Notes: generated by a model not told the origin, from the letters alone. A stretch of DNA of 64,000 nt from an uncultured Candidatus Poseidoniales archaeon (GCA_902625885.1 CACODE010000001.1:26004-90003); one strand, 5' to 3'; positions 32,325 through 41,913 are shown, counted from the stretch's first letter. Translations and numbers: made by a program.

Positions 32325-33449
32325 ATGAGCGACAAACGAGACTACTACGAGGTCTTGGGCGTTGAGAAATCTGCAAGCTCGGGCGACCTGAAGAACGCCT
32401 TTCGACGGTTGGCTCGTAAGTACCATCCAGACCGCAGCACAGAACAGGATGCTGAGGAGAAATTCAAAGAAATTCAGGAGGCGTATGCCGTTTTGTCCGA
32501 TGAGCAGAAGCGGACTCAGTACGACAGGTTTGGTCATAACGGCCCTCAAGGCTCTCCGTTTGGGGGTTTTGGTGGCGGTGGCTTCAACATCAACTTGGAA
32601 GACATCCTGGGTGGTGATTTTTTCTCCTCCTTTTTTGGTGGTGGCGGCCGAAGAAGGCGAACCAGCCGTGGTTCAGACATCCTCCTTCGGCATTCCATCG
32701 ACATGAGAGACGTCTACCTTGGCACTGAGCAAGAAGTGATTGTCGACCTTCCTGAGCCTTGCGATACGTGCCAGGGGACGGGCGCAAAAGATGGGAAATT
32801 GAAGACCTGTGCTACGTGCTCCGGTCAAGGTCAAGTGCGCGTTCGCCAGCAGGTTGGCCCCTTCATACAGGAAGCGGTTCAACCCTGTCGAGATTGCGGC
32901 GGTAAAGGAAAAACTGCGGACCAACCCTGCGCAGATTGCGACGGTATCGGTCGGCAGATGAAATCAAGCACGCTCAGGTTCAACGTCCCCGAGGGAGCGG
33001 AAAACGGCACAAGAATGCGTATGCGTGGAAAAGGGGAGCCTGCTCCGCAGGGGAACGGCGAGCCCGGAGACTTGTTCATCGAATTGGAGATCGAGCAGCA
33101 CGAATGGTTTGAACGGTCGGGTTCAGACCTCATCATGTCGTTGCCGCTTGGATACGCAGACCTTGTTCTGGGCACGACGGTCGAACTTGAGCACCTTGAT
33201 GGCAAAGCCCTCAGTATCAAAGTCCCACCTTATTCCAATTCCGGCGAGACCATCGAGATTCGTAAACGCGGCCTTCCCCGTCAACGTGGCGGAGGTCGGG
33301 GCGATGTGGTGGTCCTCCTGAAACTCCACATGCCGAAAAAAGTGGCAAAATCCGTACGAAAATCGCTTGACGATGTTCGCTCGGAGTTGGCACCGGGCGA
33401 CACGCTGACCAGCATTCGTGATGATGCGGAGGAACGCCGACGCTCATGA
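32325..33449 (+). CDS. dnaJ: Chaperone DnaJ (type I, with Cys-rich zinc-finger domain)
   Basis: J-domain DYYEVLGVEKSASSGDLKNAFRRLARKYHPDR. G/F region. Four CxxCxGxG repeats (CDTCQGTG, CATCSGQG, CRDCGGKG, CADCDGIG). C-terminal substrate-binding domains. Confidence 0.9.
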   Translation: MSDKRDYYEVLGVEKSASSGDLKNAFRRLARKYHPDRSTEQDAEEKFKEIQEAYAVLSDEQKRTQYDRFGHNGPQGSPFGGFGGGGFNINLEDILGGDFFSSFFGGGGRRRRTSRGSDILLRHSIDMRDVYLGTEQEVIVDLPEPCDTCQGTGAKDGKLKTCATCSGQGQVRVRQQVGPFIQEAVQPCRDCGGKGKTADQPCADCDGIGRQMKSSTLRFNVPEGAENGTRMRMRGKGEPAPQGNGEPGDLFIELEIEQHEWFERSGSDLIMSLPLGYADLVLGTTVELEHLDGKALSIKVPPYSNSGETIEIRKRGLPRQRGGGRGDVVVLLKLHMPKKVAKSVRKSLDDVRSELAPGDTLTSIRDDAEERRRS

Positions 33450-35663
33450 ATCGGTGCTAAGCGTTTCAGGAATTCTTGCGGCGAACGGCTGTCCGTCCAT
33501 TCTTCCGTTGAACTCAATGTCCACTTTCGGTGCGGAACCCATCAAATCCACCAAGAGGTAGGTGTTTTGTCCCGGTCCCATGGTGTCCAGGAAAATCTCC
33601 TCTCCTTGGAACAAGAAACGTGGCTCGACATGAACCACTTCAAACGGTTCACCCTCAGGGGCGTCAAATCGGAGAGCGGCCAGGTCCCATTCGCCGTTGA
33701 GCACTTGTACGCCAACCACCACCGGCCAAGCACCCTCGTTCTTTGCGAGCCGTTTGTCCACGCTCCAAACCGCCAGAGCGAGGTCCTCCGTCCGATGCTC
33801 AATGCGTTTTGGACCCCATGCCTCAAGGCCGTCTTGCCAAGCCAGTTGCGAAACAGCATGGAGCGCTCTCGCGATGTCAACACGGGCTTCCTTGGCGCTG
33901 CTTTTTCCGCTGTTGAGCCTCTCGATGTACCAGGCCAGGCGGGCTTTTTTTGCAGCAACACCTTCAGCGAACGCTTTGGAACGCAGAATGTGCACGCCCA
34001 AGTAAACAACAGGCGCCAAAAACATCAATCCCATGAACCACCGGGCAACGTTGCCCCAATAAACCGCGTCTTCGCTGGGAGGGAACCACGGCTCATCGCC
34101 TTCGTCCATCAACGTGTAACCCGGTTGAACGACATAACGCCGCTCATCCACGTCTTCACCCCACAGATGTTGGGTCACCTGCGTGGCGTTTTGGTAGCGA
34201 ATTTGCAGGTAATGCGTCCCTCGACCGATCTGCAAGCCAATTCTCAGCTCATCACCGATCGGGCGGGTGATGTCAGTCGCTAGGACTTCGCCACTGTTTT
34301 GGTCAATGTCCCACATTTGCGCTTCCAGTCCGGTGATTTCTCCATCGATGGTAAACTGAACAAAGTGGATCGATTCGGACCATCCATCAACAACGATGCG
34401 ATAGGTATCCACCGTGTCGTGCACGGCAAGCGTAAATTCACCAGACATGGGGGCTGTAAGGTTGATTTCAGGCCAAGAGCTGTTGTCAACCTCGAGTTCC
34501 TTTGGCCAATATGAAGGCGCCTCGAGACCTGACAAATCAGAGAAATCATTTGTTGCGACCTCAACGGAAAAGACCGGTGTGTCTTGAACGCTGATACGAC
34601 CGGCAACAACATCAGGATAAGGGTAAATCACCGCTTCTTCACCCTCCGAGAGGTTCATCGGTGTGCCAGCCACCCATGCACCGTTGAGAAGTTGGTCAAC
34701 CGCAAAGTGAACGTCAGCGAGCGGTGAGTGCAGGGTCAATTGCTCGGTTTCGGACCAGTCAAAAGGGGCCGTTACGCTGTTGTGGCCGAGGATTTCGGCA
34801 CCTTCAGTCAGGTTAAGGCCAACGAGGGAATGAACCGTTGACTTTGGGTGCTGTATGATGTTTGCAGCCCAGACGGACCGGGCGGCCTCGGTCGAGGTCA
34901 CCGCCACAAACCGACCGTTTTCCGGAGCGGTCCAATAGTGCGCTTGGGCGTCGCTCGAGTTGAGAACAGCGTGCCTTTCAGCAGAGGAATGCACGCCACT
35001 GAGCACCAGTTCATCCGTCTCGTTTTGGAAGTAGAATTGCACATGCGTGGTGCGGGACGATGCGAGCCATTGCCACTCCAAGGTGTCGCCTTCCGAGACG
35101 TCCATGGTCAGGTGGTGGTCGGACGTTGAAGTGGACACGCCGGTGTGAAGAAAGGCGGTTTGGTTTGTCGCTGGTGGTTGCGTGGAGAGTGTTCCGCTTT
35201 CAGCAAGCACGCAGGCACTCATCGTGTCGCAGGTGTTGACGAGGGTGGTTGAGACGACGCTACCGGGTGCGGGCCGGTTTGGCTGTTGTTCGGTGTTGAT
35301 GCCTTTTACCGTCATCAATGCCATGGTTTGATCAAAGGTCGATGAGATGTTCAGAATGGCTTGTCCGCCCGTGGAGGATTCAATCTCAACCATTGTTGGG
35401 CCGTGTGAGATGACGGACAATTCATTGGAACCCTCGTCAACTTGCAGCGTGCATTGGTTGCATTCCCACGCCAGTAATGTTGGCGATTCGGCGATTAAAG
35501 GCGTTGTGTAAACTTTCGTCTGGTTGGCCTCCAGGTGGAGGCTATGCACGACATCTCCAGCAGGAAGCGCTTCACTTTGCGCGACGGCATGAACCGGAAA
35601 AAGAACGAGCAGCAGCAGCAGGGCCAGACCCGAGGCCCGTCGCTGCCCTGCTGACCAACCCAT
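33444..35663 (-). CDS. Secreted 739-aa protein with large beta-rich ectodomain, one TM helix and ~175-aa cytoplasmic C-terminal domain
   Basis: Signal peptide MGWSAGQRRASGLALLLLLVLFPVHAVAQSE. TM WFMGLMFLAPVVYLGVHIL followed by RSKAFAEGVAAKKARLAW.. soluble domain. 6-nt convergent overlap with dnaJ. Confidence 0.7.
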   Translation of the reverse strand: MGWSAGQRRASGLALLLLLVLFPVHAVAQSEALPAGDVVHSLHLEANQTKVYTTPLIAESPTLLAWECNQCTLQVDEGSNELSVISHGPTMVEIESSTGGQAILNISSTFDQTMALMTVKGINTEQQPNRPAPGSVVSTTLVNTCDTMSACVLAESGTLSTQPPATNQTAFLHTGVSTSTSDHHLTMDVSEGDTLEWQWLASSRTTHVQFYFQNETDELVLSGVHSSAERHAVLNSSDAQAHYWTAPENGRFVAVTSTEAARSVWAANIIQHPKSTVHSLVGLNLTEGAEILGHNSVTAPFDWSETEQLTLHSPLADVHFAVDQLLNGAWVAGTPMNLSEGEEAVIYPYPDVVAGRISVQDTPVFSVEVATNDFSDLSGLEAPSYWPKELEVDNSSWPEINLTAPMSGEFTLAVHDTVDTYRIVVDGWSESIHFVQFTIDGEITGLEAQMWDIDQNSGEVLATDITRPIGDELRIGLQIGRGTHYLQIRYQNATQVTQHLWGEDVDERRYVVQPGYTLMDEGDEPWFPPSEDAVYWGNVARWFMGLMFLAPVVYLGVHILRSKAFAEGVAAKKARLAWYIERLNSGKSSAKEARVDIARALHAVSQLAWQDGLEAWGPKRIEHRTEDLALAVWSVDKRLAKNEGAWPVVVGVQVLNGEWDLAALRFDAPEGEPFEVVHVEPRFLFQGEEIFLDTMGPGQNTYLLVDLMGSAPKVDIEFNGRMDGQPFAARIPETLSTDS

Positions 35664-35746
35664 GACCCTGCGTGCCGGCGGACGCTTTCAAATCCACCCT
35701 TTCTTTGGTTCAAACTCTTCAAGAAGCCACGCCTACACGAGGGTTC

Positions 35747-37525
35747 ATGGCCGGTGCATTGGGGCGTACAGTCTTGCATCGTGAGCGCTACGCTCGTATT
35801 TGGGGGTTGGGCGACAGGAAATCGCCGTCTTCAATTACGCCCGCTCTCATGCTTATGGAAGAGGACCCCGCTCTGGAGGTGGCACATGCTCCGTTTTCGT
35901 TTTCCACCACCGCATCCTTGCCTTCCACGCTGTCCGTCGCTTCCCGGGGTTGTTTTGTGCCGCCGTCCTTTGAAACGGTAGGGCCAGAATACGAGGTAAA
36001 CCTGGGTCATGTGCTTCCGCCATCGTTGGAGGATGCGAACGCAGGTGAAGTGCAGGGCACCTCGCCCCTGCTACCTGTCTCATGGCAACGAATGAACCAT
36101 GATGATGGACTGACAGACCCTTCATTGTTGCCTGAAATCGTCGTGATCACGGACGCCTTGCAACTGGCCAGCCAACCGGGTAAACTGCCGAAGGCTGTGC
36201 TCACGCTCAAGCACCGTTTCCCCGGCGCCCTGCTTTGGGCTCCCGGTTTGTCTGGACCTGACAACGTCGCCGTTCTTGCCTCAATGGGTATCGACTTGTT
36301 TGATCTGACGCGCTGTCGCGAGGCAGCTGCCAACGATGTGTTGTTGACGGCCTGGGGTCCAAGATTGGCACACCCCCACGAGGACACGACGCTGGCGTCT
36401 CAAGTAAGGCACATGATTCAGTCCATCGAAGAAGTGCGGGCAGCGATACAAAGCGGACAGTTGAGAACGCTCGCTACCCGTCAGAGTCAGTCAAGCCCGA
36501 GGCTCGTGGAACATTTGCGCAGGCATCATGAGTTGATGCATCAGCACGACGGCAATTTGGCCTCGCATCGGCCTGCATCTACTGAATTCCCGTGCTACGC
36601 CCCACAAGCCCTGACGGATCCGCTCGTGGTTGATTGGGAATCGTTCATGGTTGAGCGGTACGAAACGCCGAGCCCCGTCCGAGAGGTGATGGTGCTGCTT
36701 CCGTGCTCGGCCAGAAAGCCATACAGGCTCTCAAAGTCCCACACCCAATTCCTTCGGGCCATGGCTTCTACCGGCTGTCATGAGGTGATGATGACGTCAC
36801 CTCTCGGCCTGGTACCTCGCGACTTGGAAGACGTTTGGCCCGCTGCCAACTACGACGTTCCAGTGACGGGCGATTGGTCGGAGGATGAATTGGCTCGAGT
36901 TCGTCGCATGCTTCATGCGCTCGTCCAACGAACCGGTTATCGCCGCATCATCAATCACACAGAATTGAATCTTGACTTTCTCGAGACCGATGTGGTCAAC
37001 ACGAGGCAGGGGGACGGTGCCACCAGTCACGAGGCCCTCAATCGTCTGTCGCAGGCCGTTAAGGAGGCCAAAGCCGTGTTTTCCCTGCGCAATCAGAAGA
37101 ACAATTTACGGTTGAAAGAACACTTCAAAAGCATTGCAAGAAAGACCACCCTAACGGATGCTTGGTGCGAAGATTTGGTTGTACGTGGCAAACTGCCAAG
37201 GTGGCGGTTGGAACTCAACGGTGTTCAAATCGCCGTTTGGTCGATCGATAGGAACGGGTTCTCGTTCTCAAAAAGTGCCATCGACCATCTTCACCAACAC
37301 GCTGCCTTGCGAGCGGTGCACCTGAAGGACGATGCCGCTTGGAAAGGCGACGTCTTTGCTTCGCTGGTGAAAGTGGCCGATGCAGGCATTCGAACAGGGG
37401 ACGATTTGCGGGTGCTTCAAAACGGCGAGTGCATCGGGCTTGCCAGAGCCGTTGCTTCGGGTTGGGAGTGGAAAGGTACGCCCGGCACCCTTGCAAAATC
37501 GCATCAGCGAAAGAAAAAATCCTGA
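35747..37525 (+). CDS. arcS: Archaeosine synthase-like protein (ArcS family): TGT-like N-domain, DUF5591 (PCxxxKPY) and C-terminal PUA domain
   Basis: TGT-like GIDLFDLTRCREAA. DUF5591-type VLLPCSARKPYRLSKSHTQF. PUA-like C-terminus AVHLKDDAAWKGDVFASLVKVADAGIRTGDDLRVLQNGECIGLARAV. Start uncertain (35672, 35747 or 35849); 35747 chosen to leave a divergent promoter gap. Confidence 0.6.
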   Translation: MAGALGRTVLHRERYARIWGLGDRKSPSSITPALMLMEEDPALEVAHAPFSFSTTASLPSTLSVASRGCFVPPSFETVGPEYEVNLGHVLPPSLEDANAGEVQGTSPLLPVSWQRMNHDDGLTDPSLLPEIVVITDALQLASQPGKLPKAVLTLKHRFPGALLWAPGLSGPDNVAVLASMGIDLFDLTRCREAAANDVLLTAWGPRLAHPHEDTTLASQVRHMIQSIEEVRAAIQSGQLRTLATRQSQSSPRLVEHLRRHHELMHQHDGNLASHRPASTEFPCYAPQALTDPLVVDWESFMVERYETPSPVREVMVLLPCSARKPYRLSKSHTQFLRAMASTGCHEVMMTSPLGLVPRDLEDVWPAANYDVPVTGDWSEDELARVRRMLHALVQRTGYRRIINHTELNLDFLETDVVNTRQGDGATSHEALNRLSQAVKEAKAVFSLRNQKNNLRLKEHFKSIARKTTLTDAWCEDLVVRGKLPRWRLELNGVQIAVWSIDRNGFSFSKSAIDHLHQHAALRAVHLKDDAAWKGDVFASLVKVADAGIRTGDDLRVLQNGECIGLARAVASGWEWKGTPGTLAKSHQRKKKS

Positions 37526-37597
37526 CCTTTCCGTACCTCTCTCTGGCGGAGTGGTTAAGAAGGGGAGATAAGTCGCAAAGTCGCTTGGTGAAGTGAA

Positions 37598-38056
37598 ATG
37601 GCACGCATGTACAAGTCAAGGAAAGGCCAGAGTGGCTCAACACGACCGCACGTGACGGAGGCTCCTGAATGGTCCAACACCGACAAAGAAGCCGTTGAGG
37701 CCCTCGTTCTTGATCTCGCAAAATCCGGACTGTCCACCGCACAAATTGGAACGATTCTCCGAGACGAACACGCTGTCCCAAACGCACGCCTTGTGCTCGG
37801 AAAGCGAATTGGCCAGTACTTGGCTGAGCAAGACATGCTGGGTACCTACCCAGAGGACATGATGAACCTCATGCGCCAAGCCGTGGCCATCATCAACCAC
37901 CTCGGTTCCGGTAACCACAAAGACATTCACAACAAGCGCGCTTTGGAAATCACCGAAGCGAAAATTCGTCGTCTCGCCTCCTACTACATCGGCGAGAAGC
38001 GATTGCCGAGCGACTGGCGCTACAAGCGAGACGAGTTGCGCCTCATGGTCGAGTGA
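37598..38056 (+). CDS. rps15: 30S ribosomal protein uS15 (S15P/S13e)
   Basis: MARMYKSRKGQSGSTRP..SGLSTAQIGTILRDEHAVPNARLV..RRLASYYI is the characteristic archaeal S15 family sequence. Confidence 0.9.
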   Translation: MARMYKSRKGQSGSTRPHVTEAPEWSNTDKEAVEALVLDLAKSGLSTAQIGTILRDEHAVPNARLVLGKRIGQYLAEQDMLGTYPEDMMNLMRQAVAIINHLGSGNHKDIHNKRALEITEAKIRRLASYYIGEKRLPSDWRYKRDELRLMVE

Positions 38057-38115
38057 TTCAACTGTTGGAACGAACACCTTCTTGAGGCGGGTGTTCCTGC
38101 TAAGCATGAACCAAC

Positions 38116-39039
38116 ATGCGAGATGTGCTTGCAACACCGGTCTTTGAATCGGTTGCCAATTTGCTTACCCAGTACGGTCCGAGATTGGTAGAAGCAGAGA
38201 TGGTGCACATCACCGGTCCGGCCACGCTTGAGGGTGTTCTCGCCATCGGCCAGCTTGAAGCTGCCTGCCTTGATGTTGGCGTGAAATACAGGCGTCGTTT
38301 CTTCACACCACGTCACCATCTGCCGCGCGATGCAGACGTGGCTTGGGAAGTCAGCAGCAGCGGCTTGACGGTCGTGTTGGATGCTGAAGCGTCGACGTGG
38401 GAGGTTGGCGACTTGCAAGAACATGCCCACGTCCATGTGGTTCCTCTTGCGACAACGGTTGAACTCGGTTCGGCGCAACGTCGCCTCGGCGGTGCGGTAG
38501 ATGCCGTCGCGCAGGCTGCCTCTATCGCAGCGTCGCTGGCACCCAACGGCCGTCGCGTCCGGAAACTTCGGCCGTTCATCTCTCTCGGTTTGTGGTTGCG
38601 AGCGGGTCTCGACACGAACATGGACCCGATTCACACGCTGCTGGTCAATCATCTCAGAGACGAGGGGACGCTTCGTGTTGTTCCTCTTCCGGAGGTTTCG
38701 AACCCCTCTGTTGAGATGATGCCGGGGTTGTCTCAGCGGCAATTGAATCGCCTGCGACGGGCATGGCCAACGATGGACGTGGAGCAGCGAAGCATGGCCC
38801 TGAGTGAACTCATCCTGCCGTGCCTCACCGAACCCGAACTTTCCACCCCTCGACTTGAGGCTCTGGCTTGGCATCGCATGGTCGTTGGTGATGGCGAAAA
38901 GGATCTGGTCAGTCAGCTTCACGAAGTGAAAAAGGCTTGGCCCTCGGACGCCGACGCAGGTCGCGTGTTCGGTTCGACGCTGCTGGACACCTGGCTCCAG
39001 ACCGGAGAATTATCGGTACCTGCTCAAGCGACGGATTGA
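38116..39039 (+). CDS. Hypothetical protein, possibly a degenerate RecJ/DHH-fold (GAN/Cdc45-like) protein lacking the DHH catalytic motif
   Basis: Position immediately downstream of rps15 matches the conserved archaeal rps15–RecJ-like synteny. HITGPATLEGVLAIGQLEAACLDVGVKYRRRF resembles the start of DHH domains (HHDADGLxSAAIL..) but the DHH residues are replaced. The opposite-strand 300-aa ORF is Arg-rich antisense junk. Confidence 0.4.
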   Translation: MRDVLATPVFESVANLLTQYGPRLVEAEMVHITGPATLEGVLAIGQLEAACLDVGVKYRRRFFTPRHHLPRDADVAWEVSSSGLTVVLDAEASTWEVGDLQEHAHVHVVPLATTVELGSAQRRLGGAVDAVAQAASIAASLAPNGRRVRKLRPFISLGLWLRAGLDTNMDPIHTLLVNHLRDEGTLRVVPLPEVSNPSVEMMPGLSQRQLNRLRRAWPTMDVEQRSMALSELILPCLTEPELSTPRLEALAWHRMVVGDGEKDLVSQLHEVKKAWPSDADAGRVFGSTLLDTWLQTGELSVPAQATD

Positions 39040-39049
39040 AACCATAGAA

Positions 39050-39415
39050 GTGCGTCGACGCATCATGGCGATTGAGCGCTTGTTGACCGGCAGCATCCAG
39101 AACCAAATACAGGAATTGATGTCCACGGAAGATTTGGTCATCGAGGCTTTTCGAGATCTCGTGAAGGATGAACTCAAGAGTCACATAAGGGCCAAGGTCG
39201 ACGAGGACCCAGAGCTCAAAGCCGAAATAAAGGAAGCCGTGGCCTACTATTTCCACTCAAAAGCTCGAAGCATTTACGCCGAACTCAAGGCTACGAGAGC
39301 GGCAACGAGGCTTGGGCTTCGTCTTCTCCCTGATGAACTTCAGGGCGAGGTTGGTGAAGCCTTGGTGACCTTGTTCGAAAAGGAGCTCGGGGCACTTCTT
39401 GAGAAGGCACTTTGA
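39050..39415 (+). CDS. Hypothetical small all-helical acidic protein (121 aa)
   Basis: Protein-like, Lys/Glu-rich coiled-coil-like composition. Co-oriented 10 nt after the upstream gene. Confidence 0.4.
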   Translation: MRRRIMAIERLLTGSIQNQIQELMSTEDLVIEAFRDLVKDELKSHIRAKVDEDPELKAEIKEAVAYYFHSKARSIYAELKATRAATRLGLRLLPDELQGEVGEALVTLFEKELGALLEKAL

Positions 39416-39471
39416 CCGGCAACCGCTCACGGCCATGAGTTCAAGTTATGAGCCGTTATGGTCTCGGATAG

Positions 39472-41502
39472 ATGAGCACAATGCGCCGAACCCTTCTCCT
39501 ATGTGCGGTTCTCATGGCAACCGTGCTCTCCCCGCTGATGGTTCCAGCGCAAGCGGCCTCAACGAACGATACCTTGGTCTGTTGCGAAGCCACGCCGGTT
39601 GAACTCTACCTCGTCGGCAGCGATAGCAACAAACGACTGACGCCCTCCACCTCCGACCTCGGCGAGGAACCGCAAAGTTTCGCTGTTGAAACATCCATCT
39701 CCTCACAAGAAAGCATAGGTCGTTGGCTTTTACCGGACACATGGGCGGGAGACGTCCCGTCGTCCACCTGGACCTTTGCCATTGATTACGAAGTATCCAA
39801 CGCTGCGGGCGCTCGGGTTGACGCAACAGCGACGGTAAGCGTAGGATCGAAGAGTTTTACCAAAGAGACAGAAAACACGTCCTCATTCTTGGCGCAAGGG
39901 GTGGGCACACTGACGTTTGATATCGATGTTGAAGCCTTCACAACCGGAGGCTCATCCAACATAGAGGTCGAGTTGGCGGTGCAGACCGTTCTGTTTAGCG
40001 TGCCCGGTGCGGACGCAAAACTCGAGTTTTTCTGGGGCGGAGAGGATAACCCTTCTTCGCTGGAAGCGACCATCCCCTTGATGGACATCTTCATGGTTGA
40101 GCCTGAGGTTGAAGGCTCTGATGTCTATCTAGCGGTTCGCTTGGATTCCCCATGGGGTCTTTCCACCCTTGCCATCGCCGAATCAATCGTGCTCAAGGTC
40201 AACGGTATCCCTGTTTCAGGCGATCCGATAGAAACGGCTGTTGGCGAGACCGTCCGCGTCACGTGGACGTGGACCGACGCAGCGGGAGGGCAGGAAACCA
40301 TCGGGGTTGAGGTTGAACTTCAATTCCAAACAGGGCAACCATCCTTGCGAGGGTCGAGCAATTACGACATTGAAACCTTTGACACCGGTGGCGGCACCGG
40401 GACCTACTACCCACCCGACGAACCCCTGCGCACCGACGGTGGCGGGAGCAAAATGGTGCTTGATATCGCCATGAACCTCAAGCGTCAAGACGGCGGTTTG
40501 GTGTTGGAGCGGGTGACGACCATCACCGTGGATGATGAATTAGCGTTTTGGATGCGGTGGGGCCTTGACCACATCGGCGATAACAACCCGTCCTTGTCAG
40601 CACCTCTACAGGCGTTTGATGCCGGTGCTGTCTCGGATGAGGACCGAGTTAGCAGGTTTGTTGAAGAGGTGGAGCAGGCTGAATTTGAGCGGCAAATGGT
40701 TCGACTTGGTCCCGTGTACATGAACACCGGTTTGGGATTGGATACGGATGAATTGCTCGGCGATTTCCGTGCTTTCAATGAAATAAAAGTTGAACTTGAT
40801 CTCAACGGGCAAAGTGCGGTCATCAATCACCCCGTGACGCTACGATTTTCCACAACAGAACTTGTCGAGGATGGCAGCCGTCTGGATTTGCTGAGAAATT
40901 TCATTGTCGTCCAACCGTCGCCGTTGTGGAGCGAATATTCCCTCACGTTGGACGCCCGCTCGTCTTCACTGACGGCGCTCAGCAGCAGCATTGTTCGTGA
41001 ATCTACGGCGTTTGATTTCTCTGTCTCGCGGATGCCATGGGGCGACCGAATCCAGATGTCAGGTGAAAACATTGACCAGAACGAGCAATTTTCACTTTCC
41101 ACGTTGCCGACCGCCTCGATTGCTTACGCTCCGTTAACGCTGACGCTTCTCACCGTTGTGGGGTTGCTTGGAGCGTTCATGCTTAGCCTGCGCTTTACCA
41201 GGTCAAGAAGGCGGACCTACCTGTACGTTGAGTTGGTGCTTGCACCGATTGTTCTGCTCGTCTCCGTCTTTGGGTATCCAATAGCCTTCATTGGGATCGC
41301 GCTGGGGGCGGTAGCCGTCATCTGGGTGGTCACCGCCATTGCAAGCCCGCGTCTTGTCGGCGCCCCGCGTCGAACGTCGACGCCGACCTATCCCCAAATC
41401 GCATGCCCAGCTTGCCAGACGATGGTGGACGTCACCACAGATGCACGTCCGCACCGGTTCAATTGCGCCGGTTGCGGTAGGGTCATCAAACTCGTTGCGT
41501 GA
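39472..41502 (+). CDS. Secreted 676-aa protein with beta-rich ectodomain, three C-terminal TM helices and a terminal zinc ribbon
   Basis: Signal peptide MSTMRRTLLLCAVLMATVLSPLMVPAQAAS. TM LTLTLLTVVGLLGAFMLSL, then RFTRSRRR, then two further helices. C-terminal CPACQ...CAGCGRVIKL. Confidence 0.7.
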   Translation: MSTMRRTLLLCAVLMATVLSPLMVPAQAASTNDTLVCCEATPVELYLVGSDSNKRLTPSTSDLGEEPQSFAVETSISSQESIGRWLLPDTWAGDVPSSTWTFAIDYEVSNAAGARVDATATVSVGSKSFTKETENTSSFLAQGVGTLTFDIDVEAFTTGGSSNIEVELAVQTVLFSVPGADAKLEFFWGGEDNPSSLEATIPLMDIFMVEPEVEGSDVYLAVRLDSPWGLSTLAIAESIVLKVNGIPVSGDPIETAVGETVRVTWTWTDAAGGQETIGVEVELQFQTGQPSLRGSSNYDIETFDTGGGTGTYYPPDEPLRTDGGGSKMVLDIAMNLKRQDGGLVLERVTTITVDDELAFWMRWGLDHIGDNNPSLSAPLQAFDAGAVSDEDRVSRFVEEVEQAEFERQMVRLGPVYMNTGLGLDTDELLGDFRAFNEIKVELDLNGQSAVINHPVTLRFSTTELVEDGSRLDLLRNFIVVQPSPLWSEYSLTLDARSSSLTALSSSIVRESTAFDFSVSRMPWGDRIQMSGENIDQNEQFSLSTLPTASIAYAPLTLTLLTVVGLLGAFMLSLRFTRSRRRTYLYVELVLAPIVLLVSVFGYPIAFIGIALGAVAVIWVVTAIASPRLVGAPRRTSTPTYPQIACPACQTMVDVTTDARPHRFNCAGCGRVIKLVA

Positions 41503-41913
41503 TCAAAGGTTTAGGTTCTTGAGGTTGTCAACGAGCTGCACAGCCTCTTGGTAATCGCTCGGTGAAAAATACCCGATGAATTCCTCATCTTCGCTGACCG
41601 CAACAACGGCTTGGGGACTTCGCTCCTGCACCATAGCGAGCACTTCTTTCAGATTGTCATCCATACCAACCTGCATGAAATCCATTTCCATGTGTTGGTG
41701 GCATGGGGCCACGCTAGCATCAACACCGTCTCCAAGGGCCTTGATCAGTTGCCTTTGCCCCAAGACACCTTTGACTTTGGCATCGTCGTCAAGGACCACA
41801 ACAATGCCGCCTGAGATGGTCAACAGGCGCTTTGCTGCCTCTTGGAGCGTGTCGTCCACGCCGACGGTCATGTGTTCATCATCAAGCGTTAGGTCCGACA
41901 CCTTCTTGCCCAT
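41503..41913 (-). CDS. CBS-domain pair protein
   Basis: Two CBS-like units (VGVDDTLQEAAKRLLTISGGIVVVLDDDAKVKGVL and MQVGMDDNLKEVLAMVQERSPQAVVAVSEDEEFIGYFS). ATG 41913. Stop abuts the stop of the convergent plus-strand gene. Confidence 0.75.
   Translation of the reverse strand: MGKKVSDLTLDDEHMTVGVDDTLQEAAKRLLTISGGIVVVLDDDAKVKGVLGQRQLIKALGDGVDASVAPCHQHMEMDFMQVGMDDNLKEVLAMVQERSPQAVVAVSEDEEFIGYFSPSDYQEAVQLVDNLKNLNL

Noticed and set aside
38020-38922. 300-aa minus-strand ORF opposite the rps15-adjacent gene
   Set aside because: Extremely Arg-rich (RRRxR runs) with no motifs. The opposite strand has protein-like composition and sits in conserved synteny with rps15.
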